60,637 nucleotides of DNA, from positions 1 through 60,637 of the forward strand of contig JBEQLE010000019.1 of NCBI GenBank assembly GCA_040326155.1, in the 5' to 3' direction. The first letter of the stretch is position 1. Each line of letters opens with the position of its first letter. The position numbers and the translations under genes are program-made. This document shows, one piece after another, positions 26,832-35,588 of this stretch. Source of the DNA: Leptospirales bacterium (GTDB lineage: Bacteria > Spirochaetota > Leptospiria > Turneriellales > JAOUFE01). The notes under the pieces are model-generated. The model had not been told where the DNA came from. It did no database searches and saw only the letters and a list, made by a program, of their open reading frames with translations.

Positions 26832-28508
26832 ATGATAGTAAAAGTTCCAGATTCCAAGTTTGAATTTATTGCCAACACATCTAAAGAGTTTATGACTCTT
26901 ATCAATAGAGACTTCGTATACGAGGCTGCCAACAAATCTTATTTACATGCTCATGGAAAGAAATTGGAAGATGTATTGAATAAATCTGTTATTGAAATCT
27001 GGGGCAAAGAACTTTTCAAAAAAACTATAAAGCCTGCCATGATGGAAACGTTTAACGGAAAAGAAATTGAATATGAATCGTGGTTTTCTTTTCCGGCTTT
27101 GGGTCAGCGATGTTTTGAAGTACGGCAATACCCATATTTTGATGCAAAAGGCAAAATAACTCATGTTGCCGTTGTTTCACGCGATATTACCGAACGAAAA
27201 GAAGCCCAATTAAAACTAGCCCATCTGGCCTACCATGACGATCTGACCGGTTTAATTAATAGAAAAAAGTTACTACTTGATTTGCCCGAAAAACTAAAGA
27301 ATCAAAATCGCATTGGAATATTCACCATTTATCTAAGTAATATTAAAAAAATAAACGATACCCTGGGTTATGAAGTCGGTGATAATATTATTGTCGAATC
27401 TATCGATAGACTCAAAACATTAGGAAAAACAGAAGAAGATATCGCTCGGGTGGGTGGAAGTACCTTTGTGCTGGTCCATGAAATCAAAAACAAAAAACAA
27501 ATCGAATCGATTTCCAAAGAGATGCTCCAGTTATTTTCGAATCCATATAAATTTACAAAATATGACTATCGCAATACTTCTATAATTAATGCGAATGTTG
27601 GTATTAGCCATTATCCCGAACATGGAGTTGACCCTGATGTGTTAATAAAACGGAGTAATATTGCCTTACACCAGGCTATTGAGCAAGGACCAAACAAAGC
27701 TACCGTTTATAGCGAAGAAATTGACCATCTTTTATCGAGGAATCTTCAAATAGAAAAAAGTTTACAAGAGGCAATTGAAAAAGATCAATTTGTACTGTAT
27801 TACCAGCCAAAAATAAACGTAAAGAAAGAGATTATTGGTATGGAGTCTCTTATTCGCTGGCAACATCCTGAAGATGGTTTAATTCCACCTACTGACTTTA
27901 TTTCGATCGCTGAAAAAACAGGTCTTATTGCTCCCATTGGTTATTGGGTTTTAGAAGAGGCAGCCAGGTTTAATAAATACTTATACGATAAACTGAATAT
28001 AGAACTGTTGATTTCTGTCAATTTGTCGCCTTTTCAGTTTTCTGATGAATATCTGCTTAAAACCATTAAAAAAATATTAAAGCACACAAAATTACCTCCT
28101 CAAATGCTCGAGTTGGAAATTACAGAAAGCGGTACAATGGATAACATTGATAAAAGTATCGAAATACTTCAGGAAATTCAAAAGCTGGGTATAAAAATAT
28201 CCATTGATGATTTTGGTACAGGTTTTTCCTCACTCAGTAAAATTTCGACTTTTCCTATAGATACTCTTAAAATTGATAAATCATTTGTAGATAATGTCCC
28301 TGGTAACGTAGATGCTATGATCACCGTTACGTCCATTATCAATCTGGCAAGAAGCCTGGGTTTTCATGTGGTCACGGAAGGTGTTGAGACGCAAGAACAA
28401 TTCAACTATTTAATTAGCATGGGTTGCCGTGAAATACAAGGTTATTATTTCAGCAAACCCGTGCCTGCGCCAGAGTTTGAAAAAATACTCATTGAGAACA
28501 AAAGGTAA
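26832..28508 (+). CDS. PAS-GGDEF(degenerate)-EAL protein, probable c-di-GMP phosphodiesterase
   Basis: GGSTF in place of GGDEF; ESLIRW, DDFGTGFSSL and EGVET present; AGGAG RBS. Confidence 0.9.
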   Translation: MIVKVPDSKFEFIANTSKEFMTLINRDFVYEAANKSYLHAHGKKLEDVLNKSVIEIWGKELFKKTIKPAMMETFNGKEIEYESWFSFPALGQRCFEVRQYPYFDAKGKITHVAVVSRDITERKEAQLKLAHLAYHDDLTGLINRKKLLLDLPEKLKNQNRIGIFTIYLSNIKKINDTLGYEVGDNIIVESIDRLKTLGKTEEDIARVGGSTFVLVHEIKNKKQIESISKEMLQLFSNPYKFTKYDYRNTSIINANVGISHYPEHGVDPDVLIKRSNIALHQAIEQGPNKATVYSEEIDHLLSRNLQIEKSLQEAIEKDQFVLYYQPKINVKKEIIGMESLIRWQHPEDGLIPPTDFISIAEKTGLIAPIGYWVLEEAARFNKYLYDKLNIELLISVNLSPFQFSDEYLLKTIKKILKHTKLPPQMLELEITESGTMDNIDKSIEILQEIQKLGIKISIDDFGTGFSSLSKISTFPIDTLKIDKSFVDNVPGNVDAMITVTSIINLARSLGFHVVTEGVETQEQFNYLISMGCREIQGYYFSKPVPAPEFEKILIENKR

Positions 28509-28526
28509 TACAAGCGTGTAGTGTCG

Positions 28527-28548
28527 TGGTTCCCGAGCAAGATTGACG
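28527..28548 (-). repeat. att-like partial copy of the tRNA-Asn 3' end (copy 1)
   Basis: Minus strand ...TCTTGCTCGGGAACCA versus tRNA TCTTGCTCGGGGAG; shares CCGAGCAAGATTGACG with 29102-29117. Confidence 0.6.
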
Positions 28549-28576
28549 CTCGCTTTGTTTATATAAACTTGTATGT

Positions 28577-29029
28577 ATGTTTAAAAAATCTAAAATAAAA
28601 CGAAACAAAGAGATTATTCTGGTGGCTATCCAGGATTATGTTCGTCTTTCTGAGGAACTCCTTTCTGAGTTGCTCCAACATCTAAAACTTAGCTGGCCAG
28701 ATGTTCACAAAGACCTTCGTATGAATTTACCGAATAACATGTTAGAAGGGGAATTGGAAAGTGGCTGGGCTTATTGGTTCCACGGTTCCCAATGCAAATT
28801 TATCGGAATATATAATGAACAAGTTGAAGTGAACCTGGATAAATTCGGAGATATCGACCATCTGCTAGATCCATATTACTTAGCAAAATATATTAAAACA
28901 TCCAATCTTCATAAAGGCATGGCAATGCTTATTAAAGATGATTTTAAGGATACTTTGGAAATCCTGGAAACATTAGATTCAACCATTAAAGCCGATATAA
29001 AATTCTCACGGCCCCTACCGTTCCTTTAA
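28577..29029 (+). CDS. Hypothetical protein, DUF6896-like
   Basis: WAYWFHGSQCKF motif followed by V.LD...D....DPY.L. Confidence 0.6.
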   Translation: MFKKSKIKRNKEIILVAIQDYVRLSEELLSELLQHLKLSWPDVHKDLRMNLPNNMLEGELESGWAYWFHGSQCKFIGIYNEQVEVNLDKFGDIDHLLDPYYLAKYIKTSNLHKGMAMLIKDDFKDTLEILETLDSTIKADIKFSRPLPFL

Positions 29030-29097
29030 TATTTCTGAACCATCGACCAGGAATCGACACAAAAAAAACTGATCAAACCCACCGGCTTTAAGATTTT

Positions 29098-29117
29098 CTC
29101 GCCGAGCAAGATTGACG
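29098..29117 (-). repeat. att-like partial copy of the tRNA-Asn 3' end (copy 2)
   Basis: CTCGCCGAGCAAGA matches tRNA CTCCCCGAGCAAGA at 13/14 positions. Confidence 0.55.
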
Positions 29118-29165
29118 GTGGAAGGTCGTTCATGTCGCAAGTGTATCAATACATCGGTTGTATAA

Positions 29166-29194
29166 TACAAAAGGCGAGCATTGCTCGCCTTTAT
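29166..29194 (-). terminator. tRNA-Asn terminator
   Basis: AAAGGCGAGCA-T-TGCTCGCCTTT inverted repeat directly downstream of the tRNA. Confidence 0.75.
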
Positions 29195-29199
29195 CTTTG

Positions 29200-29272
29200 C
29201 TCCCCGAGCAAGACTCGAACTTGCGACAAGGTGGTTAACAGCCACCTGCTCTACCAGCTGAGCTATCGGGGA
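29200..29272 (-). tRNA. tRNA-Asn (GTT), CCA not encoded
   Basis: TCCCCGATAGCTCAGCTGGTAGAGCAGGTGGCTGTTAACCACCTTGTCGCAAGTTCGAGTCTTGCTCGGGGAG folds as a cloverleaf with anticodon GTT. Confidence 0.97.
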
Positions 29273-29340
29273 ATTTGTGCGCCTTTCGGCGTCTCAGCAG
29301 GGGTAGAAAATATTATTTATTCAGGTTGTCAAATAAATTC

Positions 29341-29369
29341 TTGCAAGTTTGCGTTGATCTGGGTAGATT
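29341..29369 (+). promoter_or_regulatory. Putative sigma70 promoter divergent from the tRNA
   Basis: TTGCAA, 17-bp spacer, TAGATT. Confidence 0.4.
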
Positions 29370-29523
29370 CTTTTTGGTAATGTTGTATTTACATTAGTAA
29401 ATTCGCATATTGTAATTTCTGTTGTTTTTGCCGGGTTTTTATCGTCTTATTAGTAAACAAAGTAAGAAGAGAAGCTAACCCTTCTCCAATTACTCTGCTT
29501 ACTCCTTTCTCTCTCAAAACATT

Positions 29524-29556
29524 GCGGCCGGGTTTTTTCCGGCCGCGTTCTTTTTT
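29524..29556 (+). terminator. Rho-independent terminator upstream of ribF
   Basis: GCGGCCGG-GTTTTTT-CCGGCCGC followed by GTTCTTTTTT. Confidence 0.7.
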
Positions 29557-29651
29557 ACCACCTTGTTGTACTGTTTAAAGAAGAGGTAGTTCTATAGACC
29601 TTTTCTACTTGTCGCGTGGTCTAAAAAAGATGCTTCATCTTATCTTTGGAT

Positions 29652-30599
29652 ATGCTGACGATTGAATCACTACGTTCGTTTAACTCACCTTGGAAGTCTT
29701 GTGCCATTACTATGGGTAATTTCGATGGCATTCACCTAGGGCATCAGAAATTGATTTCACGGTTGCTGAATGCGGCAGATGAACCGGGGGTAAAACCTGT
29801 TGTTATAGTCTATGAAATTCCCCACGATGACAATTCTCAGAAAGAACCGAGATCTATATTTTCGCCAAGCGAAAAGGTAAAACTTTTAAAAGCCGCTGGA
29901 GTGGAAAATGTGTTATCTGTAGAGCTCAATCAAGATTTACGAAATATATCGGCTCATACTTTTTTGAACGAGATATTAATCGAGCGGCTGAAAGCTCACT
30001 CTATTATTATTGGGTATGATCATCGTTTTGGGAAAGATCGTCTTGGTGATTTTAACTTTTTATTGAAGCAACAAGAACATGGCAACTTCGAAACATTTCA
30101 AGTGGAGGAAATCCGTTTCAATAATAAAGTAGTTTCATCGAGCCTTATACGAAACTATATACTAAGCGGGCGTCTACCAGAAGCGAACCATCTTCTGTTA
30201 AAACCATTTTTTGTAGACACAACTGTTATACATGGAAATAAAAGAGGAAAGAAAATTGGTTTTCCTACCGCGAACCTGAATATATCAAAAGGAAAAATTT
30301 ACCCACCGCCTGGCGTCTACTTTACAGCAGCTTTATACAAAGGAGTTCTATATAAAGCCCTTACCAATATCGGAACCAACCCTACTTTCGATGGTACAAA
30401 ACGAAGTATTGAAACCCACATATTGAATTTTAATAACAATATATACGATGAAAACCTGACTGTATTTTTTCTCGAAAAAATTAGAGAAGAAATGCGTTTT
30501 TCTGATGTTTCAACGTTGCAAGAACAAATTCAAAATGATATTAAATTAAGTGAAAAATTTGTATTGGACAATATTAAGAATCAACTTACTTTTGATTAA
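29652..30599 (+). CDS. ribF: Bifunctional riboflavin kinase/FAD synthetase
   Basis: GNFDGIHLGHQ, IGYDHRFG, SSSLIR, GFPTAN, NIGTNPTF and IETHIL motifs. Confidence 0.95.
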   Translation: MLTIESLRSFNSPWKSCAITMGNFDGIHLGHQKLISRLLNAADEPGVKPVVIVYEIPHDDNSQKEPRSIFSPSEKVKLLKAAGVENVLSVELNQDLRNISAHTFLNEILIERLKAHSIIIGYDHRFGKDRLGDFNFLLKQQEHGNFETFQVEEIRFNNKVVSSSLIRNYILSGRLPEANHLLLKPFFVDTTVIHGNKRGKKIGFPTANLNISKGKIYPPPGVYFTAALYKGVLYKALTNIGTNPTFDGTKRSIETHILNFNNNIYDENLTVFFLEKIREEMRFSDVSTLQEQIQNDIKLSEKFVLDNIKNQLTFD

Positions 30600-32121
30600 T
30601 ACACGAAAGTAAACCGGAAAAATTTTCGCCGATTTGTTCCACTTTTGCAATAGAATCAAGCATACCGACCAGTTGCTCACCGGCCTTATCATTGTAACTC
30701 AGACGATTTAAAATTTTCCATTGAAACTCTTCCGCATCAAAATTCAAATGGTCAAGCACTTCATTCGTTATAATGGTTAAAGATTCTCCATTGGTAAAGT
30801 TCATGTTTTCGAGACCTGTATAATCGGAGCTAAAATAGCCATTGCCATTTTCGATTTTACGATAATCTTCTTTATCGAGTACAAAAACTTCAAACGGGCC
30901 AGAACGAAAGATTTTCCACTCTTTACTATTTAAATCGAAGGATAAGAATAAAATACCGGGACCAAAATCAAGATGGGTAAACATATTGTCCCAGAGGTTT
31001 CTGGCAGTTTCATCTGCCTCCATACCCGCTTTAACAAAAGAGAAAAATTGTTCCTGTAAGCGTAATTTTTGTATAGCGGAATTTGCACTGGTTATATCGA
31101 AGTGTCCCAGAAATACATACAATACATCATTATGTTGCGCAGCCGAATAAAAATTTTGCATGGGTATGCCAGGCTTTCGAGGATACAACGCTGCTTCAAT
31201 ACCCTGTAATCTGGGAAAAGGATGATTAAAAAGTTGTTGCTGAACCAGAGTTGTAAGTTCCGCTTCAAAGTCCTGGTTTGGAGCATCGGAAAAAACATTG
31301 CCAGAATTAGCGCTTGCTGTTTGTTTAATTAGTTTATTATACTCTTCAACCAATTTTCCAATTTCATTGTCCGAATAATAGTGAACAGGTTCCGCTTGCT
31401 GCATTTTATTCAAATAACCTAAAGAAGAGCGCATGGCCTCCAAAGGTTTAAGAATTCCACCGGCCACACCTCTTGTAGCAATTCCCATAAAAATCGAAAT
31501 GCAGAAAGAGAATAACAAAGACCATAGAATCCATCCAGACGAAGAATCTTCCACCGAAGCTCTCCTTAGAATATAATAATACGGTTCATCCATATAGATA
31601 TATTTTCGATATATTTCAATTTTCTCACCCGGGTCATTGTTTTCTTGAATACTGTTTATTTCTGGTCTTTGTTGAAATAAAGTTCGGACGATGTCAAATT
31701 GATTTTCTAGAATAAATAGATCTTTGTATTTTCGATCTTTATCTTCTTTGCGAAGATGCAACATCGACTGAATCTGCTGGTCGGAGTGCCAGAGAATATT
31801 CCCTTGTCTGCTCCATATTATTATTTCAAAATTAGATTTTTCAATACTTTTTATGTTTGTATTGTTTACATAATTCGAATCTTTTACATCTAGTGGAGCA
31901 TTATTCAAACCACCGGATAAAATCCATTTATCGACTGTTTGCGCGACCCAGGTACTTTCTGAATTTACCTCTTGCATCAACCTATCTAAATTTTGTGAAT
32001 TCAAATATAATGCGGCACCAACTGCAAATACTTCACTTATAACAAAGCTTACAAAAAATACAAAGAACGGAATCGATTTGTAAATGGTTTTAAATTTTTC
32101 CAGTGGCCATGAAAAAAGCAT
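30586..32121 (-). CDS. Membrane sensor with HAMP domain and degenerate SpoIIE/PP2C-like C-terminus
   Basis: Two TM segments, HAMP (LKPL...DNEIGKLVEEYN), VQQQLF..P followed by a SpoIIE-like region lacking the usual Asp residues. Confidence 0.6.
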   Translation of the reverse strand: MLFSWPLEKFKTIYKSIPFFVFFVSFVISEVFAVGAALYLNSQNLDRLMQEVNSESTWVAQTVDKWILSGGLNNAPLDVKDSNYVNNTNIKSIEKSNFEIIIWSRQGNILWHSDQQIQSMLHLRKEDKDRKYKDLFILENQFDIVRTLFQQRPEINSIQENNDPGEKIEIYRKYIYMDEPYYYILRRASVEDSSSGWILWSLLFSFCISIFMGIATRGVAGGILKPLEAMRSSLGYLNKMQQAEPVHYYSDNEIGKLVEEYNKLIKQTASANSGNVFSDAPNQDFEAELTTLVQQQLFNHPFPRLQGIEAALYPRKPGIPMQNFYSAAQHNDVLYVFLGHFDITSANSAIQKLRLQEQFFSFVKAGMEADETARNLWDNMFTHLDFGPGILFLSFDLNSKEWKIFRSGPFEVFVLDKEDYRKIENGNGYFSSDYTGLENMNFTNGESLTIITNEVLDHLNFDAEEFQWKILNRLSYNDKAGEQLVGMLDSIAKVEQIGENFSGLLSCINQK

Positions 32122-32162
32122 AAATAATTTAACCTTACTTTGAATACAATTTTAATATTATT

Positions 32163-33170
32163 CTAATCTAATTTTTCTTTTCTTTCTACCAGGCGGACTA
32201 AAATAGCTGATAAAAAATAAAGCAGTAACAATGGCACCATCATAAAGCCCATTGTAAATGGATCTGGCGGTGTCATAAAAGCTGAAAACACAGCTATCAC
32301 CACAATCGCACTTCTCCAGTTCTTAATGAAAAAACTACTTTTAATCATTCCGAACAATCCCAGTATTACAGATATTATCGGCAACTGGAAGGTCAATCCA
32401 AAGGCAAAATGGAATGATGTGAAAATGCTAAAATACTCTTTCAAGGTTAAATGCAGCTCAGGCGCAATTCCATTTTCAATAGGTAATTCCGGTATTCTCA
32501 TACCGAAAACCAGCATATCTGTGGCCAATGGCCATACGTAATTGCGAGCCAACATAATTCCAGACCAGAAAAGGATTACCGATGCGAAAAGTAACACATA
32601 TCCCCACTTCCACTTTTTTTTATCCAGAGCAGGCATAACAAATTTCAGTATCTCGAGACTGATCGCGGGGGCGGCGAACAAAAGACCGGCCGTAAGCGTC
32701 AGTTTAATTTTTAGCATAAAATAATCAGTCAACTCTGTGGTAATAAACTTAATCGGTAGGTTTTTTTCTTTGGCGGAAACAACAAGATTTTCAAGTGGCG
32801 CCATAACGAAATACCAGACTTCATCGTAAAAAACAAACCCTAAAGCGGAAAAACCTAGCAGCCATAGAATGGAACGCGCGAGCCGTCCTCGAATTTCACC
32901 TAAATGGTCAACCAGCGGCATATGTTTTTGCTGCTTTCTTAATTGTCTGACATATTCATCTTCAGGCGATTCTTTTTCGGCAGGTTTTTTAACCCGTTTT
33001 TTTGCAACGGTTTTTGGAGATTTGGAAGGTTTTTCAATTTTCGTTTTTTTTACTTTTTTCGTAGACTTGTTGGAAGTATCGGAAGCTGGTTCAGTTTTTT
33101 TACGTTGGAACGGCCTTGGAGAAAATTCTTTCTCTTCCCCGGCGTCTTTTTTAGACTTTCGACGGGCCAT
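32163..33170 (-). CDS. tatC: Twin-arginine translocase TatC with a long charged N-terminal extension
   Basis: MPLVDHLGEIRGRL, FVMPAL, FGLTFQLP and AFMTPPDP motifs. Confidence 0.93.
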   Translation of the reverse strand: MARRKSKKDAGEEKEFSPRPFQRKKTEPASDTSNKSTKKVKKTKIEKPSKSPKTVAKKRVKKPAEKESPEDEYVRQLRKQQKHMPLVDHLGEIRGRLARSILWLLGFSALGFVFYDEVWYFVMAPLENLVVSAKEKNLPIKFITTELTDYFMLKIKLTLTAGLLFAAPAISLEILKFVMPALDKKKWKWGYVLLFASVILFWSGIMLARNYVWPLATDMLVFGMRIPELPIENGIAPELHLTLKEYFSIFTSFHFAFGLTFQLPIISVILGLFGMIKSSFFIKNWRSAIVVIAVFSAFMTPPDPFTMGFMMVPLLLLYFLSAILVRLVERKEKLD

Positions 33171-33187
33171 TACTTACATCGAAAAGA

Positions 33188-33415
33188 TTATACTTTTTTC
33201 GAAGTTTTACGGCCCTTTTTGCCGTTTCCAACTTCTTTATCGGACTCAGTTTCTTCTTCATCCTCGATTTTTTGGCCGCTAATTCCTTTTTTAAATTCGG
33301 TGATTCCCGAACCAAGACTGCGAGCTAAACCTGGTAAACGTTTTGCGCCAAAGACTAAAAGTACAATGGCTAAAATAATTAAGAGTTCCCACATTCCGGG
33401 AGGGCCAATAAGCAT
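33188..33415 (-). CDS. tatA: Twin-arginine translocase TatA
   Basis: [36 protein letters not shown]. Confidence 0.95.
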   Translation of the reverse strand: MLIGPPGMWELLIILAIVLLVFGAKRLPGLARSLGSGITEFKKGISGQKIEDEEETESDKEVGNGKKGRKTSKKV

Positions 33416-33498
33416 GCAACAGCGTTGAACGGTGCATTCTGGTTGTAAAGAATTTTTTGGTAAGAACGAAGCAAGTAGAATTTGCAGCTATATTGATT

Positions 33499-33963
33499 TC
33501 AAACTCGAATATCGAGAATAATCCCTTTTATTTTACCTAACAAAGAGATTACACCATTTAAATCACCGTCCGATTTGGCAATTTTTGAATAGAGTTCTTT
33601 CATTGTACGATCTATAACTTTTACCACTTCAAATTCTCGTTTTTCAAGATCTCTAAAAGTTCGGATTGTAAATGCCTGCTTCATGACTTTTTTCAATAAT
33701 TTTTGCAGTTGTTCTTTATATTCAGAATAGTTTGAAACCGACGGCTCAGAAATTAAGTTTTGTTCCAGGTTTTCAAGCTTCACCATCATATCGTCCACAT
33801 CGCTCATTACGGGACTTTCAACTGAAGTAGTCTCTTCGACTTTTGCCCCAAATAAAGAGCCAAAGCTATCGCCAACAGGTGAACTGGTCGCTTTTGTTCT
33901 TTTTTCACCGCTTTTACCCGGTTTTGATGCACTACGGTTTGTATTTTGAATATGAGAAAGCAC
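33499..33963 (-). CDS. YaaR (DUF327) family protein
   Basis: L..EPS...Y..YK pattern and C-terminal IKGIILDI. Confidence 0.75.
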   Translation of the reverse strand: MLSHIQNTNRSASKPGKSGEKRTKATSSPVGDSFGSLFGAKVEETTSVESPVMSDVDDMMVKLENLEQNLISEPSVSNYSEYKEQLQKLLKKVMKQAFTIRTFRDLEKREFEVVKVIDRTMKELYSKIAKSDGDLNGVISLLGKIKGIILDIRV

Positions 33964-33971
33964 GTTTTTAT

Positions 33972-34349
33972 TTATCGGTAGGTTTCGTAAAATTCTTCTT
34001 CATTTAATAATTTCCGGATATTTGCCCGTCCTTCAAAAATGACTCCTTCATCGAGAAGAAGATTCGAACTGATAATATCGCCTGTCACATTGGCATTTTC
34101 AAGCAGACGGACCGAATCGAGAGCGTAAATATTGCCATCGACTTTTCCTGCGATTACGACCTGGCGAGCTTGAATATTCGTTTTAACATGGCCATGAGGG
34201 CCAACAATGACTTTTCCTTTTGAAACAATTTTACCGCTGAATTCTCCATCAATACGTAAAGAACCCTGCAATATAAATTCCCCAGAGAAAGAAGCGTCTT
34301 CCCCTATAATAGAATTAATTGGGTCAAGGATTGCGGATTGATTACTCAT
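33972..34349 (-). CDS. Bactofilin (polymer-forming cytoskeletal protein)
   Basis: SIIGEDASFSG..LRIDG.F.G...G.V.VG...GDI...L.LDEG.FEG beta-helix pattern. Confidence 0.93.
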   Translation of the reverse strand: MSNQSAILDPINSIIGEDASFSGEFILQGSLRIDGEFSGKIVSKGKVIVGPHGHVKTNIQARQVVIAGKVDGNIYALDSVRLLENANVTGDIISSNLLLDEGVIFEGRANIRKLLNEEEFYETYR

Positions 34350-34351
34350 GG

Positions 34352-35401
34352 TTATTCAGCGATATAACTTAAGTATGGCATCGGGTCTTGTGCGTCTACA
34401 CCGATATAAATTCGATAATGCAATATGCTTCCAGAGACTCCCTGGCCATTACCCAGATAACCAATGGTGTCGCCTTTACTGATATCTTTGTCAACTTCAA
34501 TCGTAACCCTGTCTAAACCTTTATAGATGGTTTCATAACCGTAATTATGGCGGATTTTCACTATCCAGCCCCATTTTGAGTCACGAGTGATGGAAGAGAC
34601 TAAACCAGGTGCGCTGACTACAACTTCAGACCCCGGAGGAGCTGAGATATCTATTCCACTGTTAAAGTAAGCCTTCAGGTTATCTGCATGTCGAACCATC
34701 CCGTAGGGATTTACAACATAACCCTCTACGGGCCACAATGTTGGAGTATCTTTTATAATTTTAGAACGTTTTTCAAGAAATTTTTCGATATCTTGCAAAG
34801 GCTTTTCGGAGCGCTCCATGTCATCGATAATTCTATTTAATAAAAATATCTCTGGAGGAATTTCAGATTTTTCACCTGTTTCGTTGCTTTCAGATATATT
34901 TTCAAGTGGTATGGAAGGTCCGCCTTGTCCAAAGGAGGCTACATCGGATTTGGATTTATTTAATGATAGCGCGTGCAAGTCCGAAATTTTAGTTCTGATG
35001 TTTCCAAAGGAGGAATCCATACTTCGTATCTCTTCGCGTATTTTGGCAAATTGAATTTTAGCATCTTCCTGAGAAATTTTCAGCTTTTTCACTTCTTGAA
35101 GCGTACTGGTATGGTTAATAATGAGAACCGAACTAACCACAACCACGGATGTGAAAAGCCCTATGATAATAGACAGGGTTAAATTTGAAATGTGGAAATT
35201 CTTAATCTTTTGTTCATTGTGTGGAATAAACATTAAGGTCAAGCGTTCTTCTTTTTTCCGTTTCAATAAGATTATTAATTGCTGGTAGGTTGTTCGTAAA
35301 AATTGGGCAGGACTTTTACGAGGGGTTTTTTTTACTCCCCTTTTTTTGATTTCCGGTTTTGCATCCAGATCATGCACTGGTTTTTCTTTTTTAGATTTCA
35401 T
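34352..35401 (-). CDS. M23/LytM-domain protein, probably catalytically degenerate
   Basis: TM, coiled coil, TPTLWPVEG, GIDI, IRHNYGYETIY and DPMPYL; Zn-ligand His residues partly replaced. Confidence 0.85.
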   Translation of the reverse strand: MKSKKEKPVHDLDAKPEIKKRGVKKTPRKSPAQFLRTTYQQLIILLKRKKEERLTLMFIPHNEQKIKNFHISNLTLSIIIGLFTSVVVVSSVLIINHTSTLQEVKKLKISQEDAKIQFAKIREEIRSMDSSFGNIRTKISDLHALSLNKSKSDVASFGQGGPSIPLENISESNETGEKSEIPPEIFLLNRIIDDMERSEKPLQDIEKFLEKRSKIIKDTPTLWPVEGYVVNPYGMVRHADNLKAYFNSGIDISAPPGSEVVVSAPGLVSSITRDSKWGWIVKIRHNYGYETIYKGLDRVTIEVDKDISKGDTIGYLGNGQGVSGSILHYRIYIGVDAQDPMPYLSYIAE

Positions 35402-35588
35402 ATAGGTTTATTTTCAGGTTTTTATTAACTTCTTAAAATGTTCATATTTTTTTATTTAATGTGTACGTCAATACTTTTTATCAAATCAATTACATCTTAA
35501 TATTTTATATCTGAGGCATATATGGATAAACATCGGTTTTATGTTGTTTTAGATTAACATTTATATATCTAGACTATGCCAAGTGACG

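Noticed and set aside
29015..29380. ORFs of 76 and 82 aa
   Set aside because: They overlap the tRNA-Asn gene and its terminator, so they are shadow ORFs.
29376..29645. FMN riboswitch upstream of ribF
   Set aside because: The conserved RFN motifs (e.g. AGGGC.GGGTGAAATTCCC.ACCG) are not present.
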